64,000 bases of DNA from an uncultured Bacteroidia bacterium (GCA_902762435.1 CACWOH010000009.1:3278-67277); one strand, 5' to 3'; positions 29,722 to 39,489 are shown, counted from the first letter of the stretch. The notes: generated by a model from the sequence alone, not told the origin. Translations and numbers: made by a program.

Positions 29722-29796
29722 GGTGGGTTCGTATAACGGCTAGTACTCAAGATTTTCATTCTTGCAATAGGAGTTCGATTCTCCTACCCACTACCA
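29722..29796 (+). tRNA. tRNA-Glu(TTC), CCA encoded
   Basis: GGTGGGT/ACCCACT acceptor stem, CAAGA-TTTTCAT-TCTTG anticodon arm; TATCTTTG box at 29676-29683. Confidence 0.93.
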
Positions 29797-29816
29797 AATA
29801 TTAAAAAAGAGAAACA

Positions 29817-30071
29817 ATGGCAAATACAGCATCCGCAAAGAAGGCCGATCGCCAGAACGAAAGGCACAGACTGCATAATCGTTATTATGCAAGAACCACC
29901 CGCAACGCTATCCGTGACATCCGCAACACCACCGACAAGGCCGCGGCCGAAGCCAACGCCCCCAAGGTGTACGCGATGATCGACAAGCTCGCCAAGATCG
30001 GCCTGATCCACAAGAACAAGGCCTCCAACCTCAAGAGCGGCATTGCGGTTTACATCAACAAACTTGCTTAA
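29817..30071 (+). CDS. rpsT: 30S ribosomal protein bS20
   Basis: [13 protein letters not shown]...[20 protein letters not shown]. Confidence 0.96.
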   Translation: MANTASAKKADRQNERHRLHNRYYARTTRNAIRDIRNTTDKAAAEANAPKVYAMIDKLAKIGLIHKNKASNLKSGIAVYINKLA

Positions 30072-30102
30072 TCGCAGTTTTTGTTGTATCTTTGAAATAG
30101 AA

Positions 30103-30227
30103 ATTTCGCAGTTCATTTCCGGATGGCTGCAAGTGAAACGAGGAGTGAGGAAGGGAGCAACCTGTCAGGTTGTAACCGACCGAACGACGAGGTTGAACGC
30201 CGCAGGCGCCGGAAAGGAACAAGAAAT
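30103..30227 (+). other. Unassigned palindromic element forming the leader of tRNA-Pro
   Basis: Inverted repeat gttcatttccgg (30111-30122) / ccggaaaggaac (30209-30220); internal hairpin gcaacct-gtc-aggttgt; TATCTTTG box at 30087-30094. Confidence 0.55.
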
Positions 30228-30301
30228 CGGGATGTAGCGCAGTTGGCTAGCGCACTACGTTCGGGACGTAGGGGTCGTCTGTTCGAGTCAGATCATCCCG
30301 A
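30228..30301 (+). tRNA. tRNA-Pro(CGG)
   Basis: CGGGATG/CATCCCG acceptor stem, CTACG-TTCGGGA-CGTAG anticodon arm. Confidence 0.96.
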
Positions 30302-30302
30302 C

Positions 30303-30334
30303 AAGAAGGCAACCAGGTTTTTGGTTGCCTTCTT
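30303..30334 (+). terminator. Intrinsic terminator after tRNA-Pro
   Basis: Perfect 12-bp inverted repeat aagaaggcaacc / ggttgccttctt followed by a T-rich tract. Confidence 0.85.
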
Positions 30335-30370
30335 TCGTTTTATGGCTTCAGAATTGCAAGTCCCTGCGGT

Positions 30371-31936
30371 ATGAAGCGATGGATTCCCATACTGATGATC
30401 GCGGGTGCCCTGTGTGCCTGCACGGACGGCCGGAACGGGCGCCGGCAGGCGGAAGCCCTGCTGGAAAGCGCCCGCGCGGACGACGCAGCCTACGGCTTCG
30501 TGCCGGCGGAGGATGCGGAAGGACTGGCCCGGGCCGCCGAATACTTCGAAAGAAAGGGTTCCCGGGAACAGCGGCGGGACGCCTGGTACCTGCTGGGCAG
30601 GGTCCAGGCCGCCGACGGGGCGCTGTACCGCGCCGTGGTGTCCTTCGAGCGGGCCCTCGCGGCCGCCGAGGCCCTGCGGGACGATGCCGCGCAGGGGGAA
30701 ATCTGCCGGCAGCTCGCCTATACCTACAACGCATCGCTGCAGCACGTGGCCGCCGCGCGCCGGCTCTACGACGCCTGGCGCGCCTTCGAACGTGCCGGCC
30801 AGGCGGAAGAAAGCCGCCGCACCCTGCTGGAATACGGCCAGGCGTGGTACAACTTCGAGAAATACGCCGAAGCGGAAGACATCTTCAAGGCCGTGCTGAC
30901 GCAGGCCCACGCAGCGGCGGACACGCTTACGGAAGTCCGCTGCCTGCAGAGCTACGCGGCCCTGGCCCTGGAAAAAGACCCTGCCGACCCCGGTCTTGCC
31001 CGCGAGATGCTCGGCCGCGTGACGGACGAACTGCACTACCCGCTGGGCAGCGCGGACTGGGGCGTGCTCGCCTACGCCGCCGCCCTGCAGGGCCGGGACG
31101 CCGAAGCGCAGCGCTGCCTGCGGCAGGCCCGCGTCCGCGTGGAAACCGTCTCCGACCGCAACCGGCTGCGCTTCCGCGAATACCAGGTGGCTTCCCGGGC
31201 GGGCCGCACCGCCGAAGCGCTGCAGGCGCTGGAGCGTGTGACCGCCTACGGAAACGACGAGGACATCTCCGCACTGCAGAGCGCCGTCACGCTGGCGCAC
31301 GAGGACTACCTGCGCGGCCGGCAGGAACTGGCGGACGAGCGGCTCCGTTCGTCGCGCTTCGCCCTCGCCGCCCTGCTCTTCCTGCTGATCGCCGCGGGCA
31401 GCACGGCGCTTTGGTACCTGCGCGCCCGCCGCATCGAGAGCGAAAAGGCGCTCGCCGAGGAACGGGCGGAGACCGAACGCTACATCGGCATCGCCGAAGA
31501 GCTGCAGGCCCGCCTGGGCGAGACCTCCCGGCGCCTGCGCGACACCGCCGCCGGCAAGAACGAGGTGCTGGAACGCCTCTGCGAGCAGTATTACGTGTTC
31601 GAAGGCACCGACAAACTGCAGAAAAACCTCCTCAAGGAGGTCCGGCAGGCCGTCGAGGGACTGCGGGACGACCCGAAGGTGCTGGCCCGCCTGGAGCGTT
31701 CCGTGGACGCCGCACGGGACGGGGCGGCCGCGAAACTGCGCGCGCAGTTGCCGAACTGCAAGGAAGAAGACGTCAAGCTGTTCGTACTGGCGGCCTCCGG
31801 CTTCAGCCGCACCGCCATGGCCACCCTGATGGACAAGGAGAAAGGCGTGGTGAACAACCGCCTCTGGCGGCTCAAGGGACGCATTTCCGACGCCGGCATC
31901 CCGGACGACGAGCTCCTGCTGGGCTGTTTGGAGTAG
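30371..31936 (+). CDS. TPR-repeat membrane protein with C-terminal LuxR-like HTH (one-component regulator)
   Basis: N-terminal signal/lipobox ALCAC, TPR-like helices, TM LALAALLFLLIAAG, coiled coil, FSRTAMATLM..VVNNRLWRLKGRI. Confidence 0.7.
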   Translation: MKRWIPILMIAGALCACTDGRNGRRQAEALLESARADDAAYGFVPAEDAEGLARAAEYFERKGSREQRRDAWYLLGRVQAADGALYRAVVSFERALAAAEALRDDAAQGEICRQLAYTYNASLQHVAAARRLYDAWRAFERAGQAEESRRTLLEYGQAWYNFEKYAEAEDIFKAVLTQAHAAADTLTEVRCLQSYAALALEKDPADPGLAREMLGRVTDELHYPLGSADWGVLAYAAALQGRDAEAQRCLRQARVRVETVSDRNRLRFREYQVASRAGRTAEALQALERVTAYGNDEDISALQSAVTLAHEDYLRGRQELADERLRSSRFALAALLFLLIAAGSTALWYLRARRIESEKALAEERAETERYIGIAEELQARLGETSRRLRDTAAGKNEVLERLCEQYYVFEGTDKLQKNLLKEVRQAVEGLRDDPKVLARLERSVDAARDGAAAKLRAQLPNCKEEDVKLFVLAASGFSRTAMATLMDKEKGVVNNRLWRLKGRISDAGIPDDELLLGCLE

Positions 31937-31939
31937 TTT

Positions 31940-32028
31940 TGTAAATCATTGATTATCAGATACTTGGAAAGCGCGAGATTTTTTCGCGCTTTACTTGTTC
32001 ATATCCTATTGAAAATCAATCGATTACA
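31940..32028. promoter_or_regulatory. Nested AT-rich inverted repeat, candidate operator
   Basis: tgtaaatcattgattatca / tgaaaatcaatcgattaca (15 of 19 complementary) enclosing aaagcgcga / tcgcgcttt. Confidence 0.5.
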
Positions 32029-32126
32029 ATTGCCCCGCGAGATTATTTACACACGCGGAAATTTGGTTTCCGGCGCTGCGTGGCCGTACCTTTGCAACGG
32101 ACAAAGCAACACAAAACCCCAAAGCC

Positions 32127-32810
32127 ATGGAAACGAAGAAAACACAAAAAGCCGCCCTCGACAACAAGAGGGTCATCTTCCTGGAGCTCGGACTCATCGT
32201 GTCCCTGCTCGCCGTCATCGGCGCCTTCTCCTACGCCACCGCCGTCAAGAAAGCGCCCGTCCTGCAAGGGGTCACCCAGGTCGTCGATGTCGTCGAACTG
32301 GTGCCCGTCACCCGCGATACGCCGCCGGAACCCCCGAAGGCGCCCGCCGTCCCGCAGATCTCCGAGATCCTCGAAATCGTGGACGACGACCTCCCCACCA
32401 CCGACATCATCAGTTTCGACGACACGCAGGTGGACGTACCCGTCTATGATTACCGCACGGAGCCCGAAGAGAACCCGGTCGAGGAGGAGGACATTCCCTT
32501 CGTGCTGGTGGAGCAGAAACCCGCTTTTCAGGGCGGCGACGCCAACACCTTCAGCCGCTGGATCGCCCAGCACCTGGAATACCCCGAAGTCGCCCGGGAA
32601 AACGGCGTGCAGGGCCGCGTGATACTGGAGTTCACCGTGATGAAGGACGGAAGCGTCGGCAACGTAAAACTGCTGCGCGGCGTGGACGCTTCGCTGGACA
32701 AGGAAGCCCTGCGGGTCGTCTCCGCATCGCCGAAATGGGAACCCGGCCGCCAGCGCGACCGCGCCGTGAACGTCACCTATCAGTTCCCGGTCATCTTCCA
32801 ACTGCGCTGA
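32127..32810 (+). CDS. tonB: Energy transducer TonB
   Basis: N-terminal TM, Pro-rich linker, YPEVARENGVQGRVILEFTVMKDG, LDKEALRVV, WEPG. Confidence 0.92.
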   Translation: METKKTQKAALDNKRVIFLELGLIVSLLAVIGAFSYATAVKKAPVLQGVTQVVDVVELVPVTRDTPPEPPKAPAVPQISEILEIVDDDLPTTDIISFDDTQVDVPVYDYRTEPEENPVEEEDIPFVLVEQKPAFQGGDANTFSRWIAQHLEYPEVARENGVQGRVILEFTVMKDGSVGNVKLLRGVDASLDKEALRVVSASPKWEPGRQRDRAVNVTYQFPVIFQLR

Positions 32811-32821
32811 GCGGACAGAGA

Positions 32822-33856
32822 TTATTTGCGGCCGCGGCGGGTCAGTTCGGCCTGGAACGCGGCCGCATTGCGGTTGTGCTCGGCGAGCGTCTTCGCGAAG
32901 ACGTGGGTGCCGGAGAAATCGGAATTGGCGCAGAAATAGAGGTTCCCGGCGCCCCAGGTCCCGCCGAAGTCGGGATTGAGCACCGCCTCCAGCGCCGCGC
33001 GCGTAGGCACGCAGATCGGCCCCGGCGGCAGCCCGGTGTGGGTGTAGGTATTGTAGGCGGAATCCACCTCCAGGTGCTTCAGCAGGATGCGGCTGAGCTG
33101 GTAGTCGTAGCAGAAGGCGATGGTGGGGTCCGCCTGCAGCGGCATCCCGATCTTCAGCCGGTTCAGGTACACCCCGGCGATCTTCGGCATCTCCGCCTCG
33201 TTGTTGGACTCCGCCTTCACGATGGAGGCGAGCACGGACGCCTGCTGGCGCGTGAGCCGCAGCGCCTTCGCCTTGGCCTCGCGCTCCGGCGTCCAGAACG
33301 CATCCCAGGCGGCCTTCTGCTTGTCCAGCACGTCGTTCATCGAGGCGGTCCAGTAGATATCGTAGGTGTCCGGCATCAGCAGCGAGAATACGTTGCGCGG
33401 CGTGAAACCGTAGCCGGCGAGCAGGTGCTCGTCGTTCAGCGCCTTGTACACCGTCGCGGAATCCAGGAGCAGCTGGCTCGCGATCTTCGCGGCGATGTTG
33501 CTCTTGATGCGGAGGTTCCCGGCCAGCGACAGGCGCACCGGCGTCTGCCAGCCGTTGTTCAGCATCCGCGCCACGTACACGCTGGCGTCGCCGGGCGAGA
33601 TGGTGTAATGCCCGGGCGTGAGGTATTCCGACACCTGCTTCGCCTGGAAACTGCGTTCCAGGCTCTTGCGGCTGATCACCTGCGCCTTGTCTGCAATCAT
33701 GTCCAGGACCTTGCCGGCATCCATTTCCGGATAGACGTAGATCTCCGCCTGCTTGCGGAAATTCGGGAGTTTGTTGTCCCGCAGCCAGTTGCCGCCGATC
33801 AGCGCGCCGATCGCGACCACGACGAGCAGGGCCAGGATATAGGTGAGTTTCTTCAT
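32822..33856 (-). CDS. mltG: Endolytic transglycosylase MltG
   Basis: LASIVKAES, GVYLNRLKIGMPLQADPT, SAYNTY..GLPPGPI, LYFCA. Confidence 0.93.
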   Translation of the reverse strand: MKKLTYILALLVVVAIGALIGGNWLRDNKLPNFRKQAEIYVYPEMDAGKVLDMIADKAQVISRKSLERSFQAKQVSEYLTPGHYTISPGDASVYVARMLNNGWQTPVRLSLAGNLRIKSNIAAKIASQLLLDSATVYKALNDEHLLAGYGFTPRNVFSLLMPDTYDIYWTASMNDVLDKQKAAWDAFWTPEREAKAKALRLTRQQASVLASIVKAESNNEAEMPKIAGVYLNRLKIGMPLQADPTIAFCYDYQLSRILLKHLEVDSAYNTYTHTGLPPGPICVPTRAALEAVLNPDFGGTWGAGNLYFCANSDFSGTHVFAKTLAEHNRNAAAFQAELTRRGRK

Positions 33857-33887
33857 ACCGGAGTGCAAAGATAGCAAAAAGAGGCGA

Positions 33888-35093
33888 TCAGTCAGCCTCG
33901 CGGGCGTCGCCAAACTTGGCTTTCATCGTGGGGTTTCCCCGGGTCAATTTCTTGATGGTAAGGTCCTCCGCCTTGTCGTTGGCCAGCCGCAACTGGTTCT
34001 CGGAACCGGTCAGCGCTTCCTTGATTTTCTGCAAGTGGGCGATTGACTTGTCAATCTCGTCAATGGCGGTTTTGAACTTCTCGCTGGCGATACGATAATT
34101 ACGTCCGAAAGCATCCTTGAAGGCCATCAATTGATTCTCGAAATTGGTCACGTCGATATTCTGCTGACGCGTAAGGGCCAGTTCGCGTTTATACTCCACC
34201 GTTTTTTTTGCCGCATTGACCAGTAGCGTGATCATGGACTTGAAGAACTGCGGACGGATGACATACATCTTGGGATAGCGATAAGATACATCCACGATTC
34301 CACCATTGTACAGTTCGCTGTCCGGCTCGAGCAAAGAAACGAGGACGGCATACTCGCATCCCTTGGCGGTGCGGTCCGCATCGAGTTTCTTGAAAAAGTC
34401 CTCATTTTTATGCTTGGTGGCCGTCTCGTCCATCTCGTTCTTCATCTCAAACATAATGGAAATGTACTCGATGCCATCGTCATAGTCACGGAAGATGAAA
34501 TCTCCCTTGCTGCCACCGGAAGCATCGTTGTCCTTCTCGAAATAGGCATTCGGGAACAACGGGCGCATTTCTCCGTTGAAGATGGTGCTGCAGTGCGCCT
34601 CCAGCGTCTCACCAACCATCTTCGTGGACATTCGGATTTTCAAGTCCTTATAGTAGTCCACCTGTTCCTGGGCAAGTTTCAATTTCCCCTCGTACTCTTC
34701 CCGCAAAGAATTGGCCCGGAGGGTCAAGCGTGATTTCTCCATTTCCGCATCGGCCTTCAGTTGCGCAATCTCGACCTCTTTCTTGGCCAACGCTTCGTTA
34801 AGCTCCAGCTTTTTCCGATCATCCTGGGAAGATATCTGCGAGAGAAGCCGCGTTATCTCGTTCTCCTTTTCACCGATAACCTTGTCCTTCCGGAACAGGG
34901 CATCCTGGTATTGTTTTTCCGTTTCAGCCGCCCGGAGCCTTTCTTCTGCCTGTTGCTGACGGTGCAGTTCAGTTATCCGCCGGGACACCTCAGCGTCAAA
35001 TTCAGCACCTTTTACCTGATTCAGGATAAAAGCATAATCGGCTTCATCTACATGGAAAGGCTTTCCGCAATTGGGGCAAATGAGTTCGTGCAT
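33888..35093 (-). CDS. DUF2130 family protein (CxxC, coiled coil, putative PD-(D/E)xK domain), low GC
   Basis: [37 protein letters not shown]; hand-counted lines 43% and 53% GC. Confidence 0.85.
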   Translation of the reverse strand: MHELICPNCGKPFHVDEADYAFILNQVKGAEFDAEVSRRITELHRQQQAEERLRAAETEKQYQDALFRKDKVIGEKENEITRLLSQISSQDDRKKLELNEALAKKEVEIAQLKADAEMEKSRLTLRANSLREEYEGKLKLAQEQVDYYKDLKIRMSTKMVGETLEAHCSTIFNGEMRPLFPNAYFEKDNDASGGSKGDFIFRDYDDGIEYISIMFEMKNEMDETATKHKNEDFFKKLDADRTAKGCEYAVLVSLLEPDSELYNGGIVDVSYRYPKMYVIRPQFFKSMITLLVNAAKKTVEYKRELALTRQQNIDVTNFENQLMAFKDAFGRNYRIASEKFKTAIDEIDKSIAHLQKIKEALTGSENQLRLANDKAEDLTIKKLTRGNPTMKAKFGDAREAD

Positions 35094-35145
35094 AAAATCT
35101 TGTTTATTACCCTTACAAATTTAACAATATCCATTCTAAATCCTA

Positions 35146-37287
35146 TCAATTCTCCACAGTTTCCTCCAGCACGCCCGGGGCCAGGCGGCGGATGCCGAAG
35201 AGCTCGAAGCGGACGCGGACGGTGCCGGCGTCGGGGTCGGATTCGAGCACCGTCCCGGCGCCGAAGACCGGGTGGGAGACCCGCGCGCCGGGGGCGAAAC
35301 CCGGGGCGGCCGGGGGCGATGGGGCCTCGAGCCCGGCGATCAGGCGGCCGGTCCCCTTCCAGAGTTCAGGACTGAAGGGCCCCTCGACGTCGTAGAGCGG
35401 ACCGCAGCCGTCGGCGGCCTCGTGGATGAAGCGGCTGGGATACTTGGCCAGGGAGTTCTGCACGTTGAACCCTTCCGAATCGGAGAAATACAGCCGGTCC
35501 ATCGCGCGGGTGCAGGCCACGTACATCAGGCGCCGCTCCTCTTCCAGGCCGGCCTCTCCCCTCTCGCGGATGGTCCGGTGGCTGGGCAGCACGCCCTCGT
35601 TCAGGCCGTAGATCCACACGGCCGGGAACTCCAGGCCTTTCGCCTGGTGGACGGTCATCAGCTTCACCTTGTCGTCGTCCTTGCGGTAGTCGGCGTTGGT
35701 GTACAAGGCGACGTCCTGCAGGTAGGTCCGCAGGCCCGCGTCCTCCTCGTTGCGGTTGTCCTCCTCGTACAGGCGGACCGACTTCACCAGTTCCTGGAGG
35801 TTCTCCAGCCGCTCCTCTTCCGTGTCCACGCGGTACTGCTCCAGCAGGCCGCTGCGGTCCAGCAGCCACTCCAGCAGGGCGGCGATGCTGCTGGCGTCCA
35901 TCAGCGTGCGCGCCTCCGCGACCAGCGCCGCCAGGCGCCCTGCGGCCGGGTTGCGCGCCGCCACGCCGCTGCCGCCCAGCGCCGCCAGCAGCGAGCAGCC
36001 CCGGGCGGAGGCGTAGCCCTGCAGCAGCGCCATCGTCTTCTTCCCGATCTTCCGCGACGGAACGTTGGCGATGCGTTTGAAGGCCACGTCGTCGTCCAGG
36101 GCCACCAGGCGCAGGTACGCCAGCGCATCCTTGATCTCCTTGCGTTCGAAGAAGCGCACGCCGCCCCAGATGACGTAGGGCACCTTTTCGGCCATCAGCG
36201 CCTGCTCAATGGCGCGGGAGAGGTAGGTCGCGCGGTAGAGCACGGCCGTGTCGCTCCAGCGGAAGCCGTCCCGGTCGTGCAGGGCCCGCAGGGTGGCGGC
36301 GAGCGTTGCGGCCTCCAGCCGCTCGTTGCGGCAGTGGTGCCAGGTGGTCCGGAAACCGGCGGCGGGGCGCTTCGTCACGGACGTGCGCGGAAGGCGGTTC
36401 TTGTTATAACAGATGATCGCGTCCGCGAGCGCGACGATGTTCGGGCGCGAGCGGAAGTTCTCCTTGAGGTAGATGTCGGTGTCCGGGACGTAGCCGACGA
36501 AAAGCTCGGGATGCGCGCCCTTCCACTCGTAGATGGCCTGGTCCGCGTCGCCCACGATGAAGAGGTTGCCGTAGCCGCCGCTGAGGATGGTGAACAGCTC
36601 CCACTCCGGCTTGTCGCAGTCCTGCACCTCGTCCACCATCACGTACTGGAACTGCTGCTGCCAGCGCTCGCGCACGGCCGGGAAGTTGTTGAGTATGTGG
36701 AGGGTGAAGAACAGCAGGTCGTCGAAGTCCAGGGCAAAGTAGCGGCGCTGGCGGAGGATCATCTGCGCAAGCAGGGGCACCTCGCCGGGGAGCTGCGTAG
36801 GCGTGACGTAGCGGACGATGTAAGGCGTGGCTGCCTTGAAGACGGCCAGCTCGTCCAGGTAGTTGCCCACGATGCCGCTCCGGCGGGCGATGCCGTTCTC
36901 CTCCAGGACCTCCTTCACGACGGTCTTCATATCCTCCCCGTCGAAGATGAGGTAGTTCTGCGGGTAGCCCAGGCGGTAGATCTCCTCGCGCAGGAACTTG
37001 ACGCAGAAACCGTGGATCGTGGTCACGAAGTCGCCTACGCTCCCGCCGGGCGTGAGGTCCGCGATGCGGGTGCGCATCTCCTGCGCCGCCTTGTTGGTGA
37101 AGGTGAGGCAGAGGATGTCGGACTGGGGCACGCCCAGCGCGGCCGTGAGGTGGGCGTAACGGGCGACGAGGGTGCGCGTCTTGCCGGAGCCGGCACCCGC
37201 GACCACACGGACGTGGCCTTCGGTGGCCTGTACGGCGCCCAGCTGGTCCGGGGTGAGCGTTTTGAGGAGGGTCTTGAAAGTTTCCAT
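35146..37287 (-). CDS. UvrD/PcrA family SF1 helicase with C-terminal Tudor-like domain
   Basis: AGAGSGKT, TFTNKAAQEM, VDEVQD, VGDADQAIY, ENFRS, MTVHQAKGLEF, EERRLMYVACTRA, RVSHPVFGAGTV. Confidence 0.93.
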   Translation of the reverse strand: METFKTLLKTLTPDQLGAVQATEGHVRVVAGAGSGKTRTLVARYAHLTAALGVPQSDILCLTFTNKAAQEMRTRIADLTPGGSVGDFVTTIHGFCVKFLREEIYRLGYPQNYLIFDGEDMKTVVKEVLEENGIARRSGIVGNYLDELAVFKAATPYIVRYVTPTQLPGEVPLLAQMILRQRRYFALDFDDLLFFTLHILNNFPAVRERWQQQFQYVMVDEVQDCDKPEWELFTILSGGYGNLFIVGDADQAIYEWKGAHPELFVGYVPDTDIYLKENFRSRPNIVALADAIICYNKNRLPRTSVTKRPAAGFRTTWHHCRNERLEAATLAATLRALHDRDGFRWSDTAVLYRATYLSRAIEQALMAEKVPYVIWGGVRFFERKEIKDALAYLRLVALDDDVAFKRIANVPSRKIGKKTMALLQGYASARGCSLLAALGGSGVAARNPAAGRLAALVAEARTLMDASSIAALLEWLLDRSGLLEQYRVDTEEERLENLQELVKSVRLYEEDNRNEEDAGLRTYLQDVALYTNADYRKDDDKVKLMTVHQAKGLEFPAVWIYGLNEGVLPSHRTIRERGEAGLEEERRLMYVACTRAMDRLYFSDSEGFNVQNSLAKYPSRFIHEAADGCGPLYDVEGPFSPELWKGTGRLIAGLEAPSPPAAPGFAPGARVSHPVFGAGTVLESDPDAGTVRVRFELFGIRRLAPGVLEETVEN

Positions 37288-37433
37288 ATCTTCCGGAGTA
37301 TCTACTGTTAAACGGCAAAGGTACGGCGCTGTTTTGACAATTTTTGTCAAAGCTACTCCTCTTAAAATATTAAATTGTTCTTATAGGATATTTGATTATC
37401 TTCGCGGTGCAGATTGTTAACCCACAGTATCAT

Positions 37434-38048
37434 ATGAAGAGAATTACCGTACTCCTGGGCGCCTGCGCGGCGCTCCTGACCCTGGCGGGATGCAGCGCCC
37501 AGCCGGTCGCCACCGCCCCCTCCCTTGACGAAATCTTCGCCACCCGGCGGAGTATCCGTGCCTACGACGCAGACAAGAAGATCTCCGAAGCGGAGATCCG
37601 CGAACTGCTTACCGCTACGCAGAACGCCCCCTCCTGGGCGAACCAGCAGCCAAGCAAGTACTACGTCGCCCTCGGGCAGGAGAAGTTCGACGCCGTCCTG
37701 GACCTCGTCGGCGGCAACAAACCGCGCGTCGCAAACGCCTCCGCGCTGGTCGTCTGCACCTTTGAGAAGGGCAAGTCCGGCTTCTTCCGCGGCACGCCCG
37801 CCAACGACGCCGGCGACTTCTGGGGCGCCTACGACAACGGCCTGAGCAACGCCTACTTCATCCTGAAGGCCCGCGAGATGGGCTTCGACACGCTGATCAT
37901 GGGCATGCGCGAGGCCGACGGGCTGCGCACCCTGTTCGCCATCCCGGAGAACGAGGCGGTCATGGCCGTCATCGCCCTGGGCTACCGCGCAGAAGAGCCG
38001 AACATGCCGGTCCACCGCCCCCTGGACGAGATCGTCAAGTTCTACTAG
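37434..38048 (+). CDS. Nitroreductase family protein with lipoprotein signal peptide
   Basis: MKR..LAGC; TRRSIRAY, APSWANQQP, IALGY. Confidence 0.85.
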   Translation: MKRITVLLGACAALLTLAGCSAQPVATAPSLDEIFATRRSIRAYDADKKISEAEIRELLTATQNAPSWANQQPSKYYVALGQEKFDAVLDLVGGNKPRVANASALVVCTFEKGKSGFFRGTPANDAGDFWGAYDNGLSNAYFILKAREMGFDTLIMGMREADGLRTLFAIPENEAVMAVIALGYRAEEPNMPVHRPLDEIVKFY

Positions 38049-38065
38049 GCTGCACTGCAGCCCAT

Positions 38066-38102
38066 AAAAAAGCGGCTTCCGGATGATCCGGAGGCCGCTT
38101 TT
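38066..38102. terminator. Bidirectional terminator
   Basis: aaaaagcggcttccgga / tccggaggccgcttttt between convergent genes. Confidence 0.85.
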
Positions 38103-38121
38103 CCGTATAAAAGGATGACTT

Positions 38122-39465
38122 CTAGATCGTCCCCTGTTCGAGCATCGCCTGGGCGACCTTCATGAAGCCGGCGATGTTGGCGCCCTTCACGTAGTCCACC
38201 GTGCCGTCCGGCTGGGTGCCGAACTTCACGCACTGCTCGTGGATGCTCTTCATGATGAAATGGAGCCTTTCGTCCACTTCCTTGGCATCCCAGGAGATGT
38301 GCTCGGCGTTCTGCGTCATCTCGAGGCCCGAAGTGGCCACGCCGCCGGCGTTGACCGCCTTGCCCGGGGCGAAGAGGATGCCGTTGTTCTGGAAGAAATG
38401 GATGGCGCCCGGCTGGCAACCCATGTTGGACACCTCGCAGCAGCACCAGCAGCCGTTCTCCTTCAGTTCGCGCGCGTCGGCCTCGGCCAGCTCATTCTGG
38501 AAGGCGCAAGGCAGGGCGATGTCGCACGGGATGCTCCAGGCCTTCTTGCCCGGGGTGAAGACGGCCTTGCCCGGGAAGCGGGTGGCCATATCCTCCACGC
38601 GGTCGCGGTTGGAGGCGCGCATCACGAGCATATAGTCGATCATCTCCTTGTCGATGCCGCCCGGGATCTCGCAGACGCCGTCCGGGCCGGAGATGGCGAC
38701 CACCTTCGCGCCCAGTTCGAGGGCCTTGATGCAGGCGCCCCAGGCCACGTTGCCGAAGCCGGACACGGCGACCTTGCAGCCCTTGATGTCCTTGCCGGCG
38801 TGGTGCAGGAGGTTCTCCGTGAAGTAGAGCGCACCGAAGCCCGTGGCTTCCGGACGCAGGATGGAGCCGCCCCAGGTGGCGCCCTTGCCGGTCAGCACGC
38901 CGGTGTTGTACTCGCGGGCGAGCTTCTTGTACATGCCGTACATATAACCGATCTCACGGCCGCCCACGCCCACGTCTCCGGCCGGGATATCCTGGTCGGG
39001 GCCAATGCACTGCCACAGTTCCAGCATGAAGGCCTGGCAGAAGCGCATGATCTCCTCGTCCGTGCGGCCTTTCGGGTCAAAGTCGCTGCCGCCCTTGGCG
39101 CCGCCCATCGGCAGCGTGGTGAGGGCGTTCTTGAAGGTCTGCTCGAAGCCGAGGAACTTCAGCATCGAAGGGGTGACCGCCCGGTGGAAGCGTAGGCCGC
39201 CCTTGTAGGGGCCGATGGCGCTGTTGAACTGGACGCGGTAGCCTGTGTTGGTCTGGACCTCGCCCTTGTCGTCCACCCAGGTGACGCGGAAGGTGAAGAT
39301 GCGGTCCGGTTCGACCATGCGCTCGACGATCTTCGCGCGCTCGAACTCGGGATGCTGGTTGTACACGTCCTCGATGGACTCGAGCACCTCCTGTACCGCC
39401 TGGAGATATTCGTTCTCGCCGGGATACTTGGCCTGGAGGGTGGCCATGATGTCTTGTGTCTTCAT
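38122..39465 (-). CDS. gdhA: NADP-specific glutamate dehydrogenase
   Basis: GPYKGGLRF, FKNALTTLPMGGAKGGSDF, DIPAGDVGVG, RPEATGFG, GKAVNAGGV. Confidence 0.96.
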   Translation of the reverse strand: MKTQDIMATLQAKYPGENEYLQAVQEVLESIEDVYNQHPEFERAKIVERMVEPDRIFTFRVTWVDDKGEVQTNTGYRVQFNSAIGPYKGGLRFHRAVTPSMLKFLGFEQTFKNALTTLPMGGAKGGSDFDPKGRTDEEIMRFCQAFMLELWQCIGPDQDIPAGDVGVGGREIGYMYGMYKKLAREYNTGVLTGKGATWGGSILRPEATGFGALYFTENLLHHAGKDIKGCKVAVSGFGNVAWGACIKALELGAKVVAISGPDGVCEIPGGIDKEMIDYMLVMRASNRDRVEDMATRFPGKAVFTPGKKAWSIPCDIALPCAFQNELAEADARELKENGCWCCCEVSNMGCQPGAIHFFQNNGILFAPGKAVNAGGVATSGLEMTQNAEHISWDAKEVDERLHFIMKSIHEQCVKFGTQPDGTVDYVKGANIAGFMKVAQAMLEQGTI

Positions 39466-39489
39466 AATGACGATTATCAGTATTAGTGT

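Noticed and set aside
29784-30374. Small ORFs around rpsT and tRNA-Pro (29784-30116, 30043-30237, 30123-30374)
   Set aside because: Antisense to rpsT or overlapping tRNA-Pro; no coding signal
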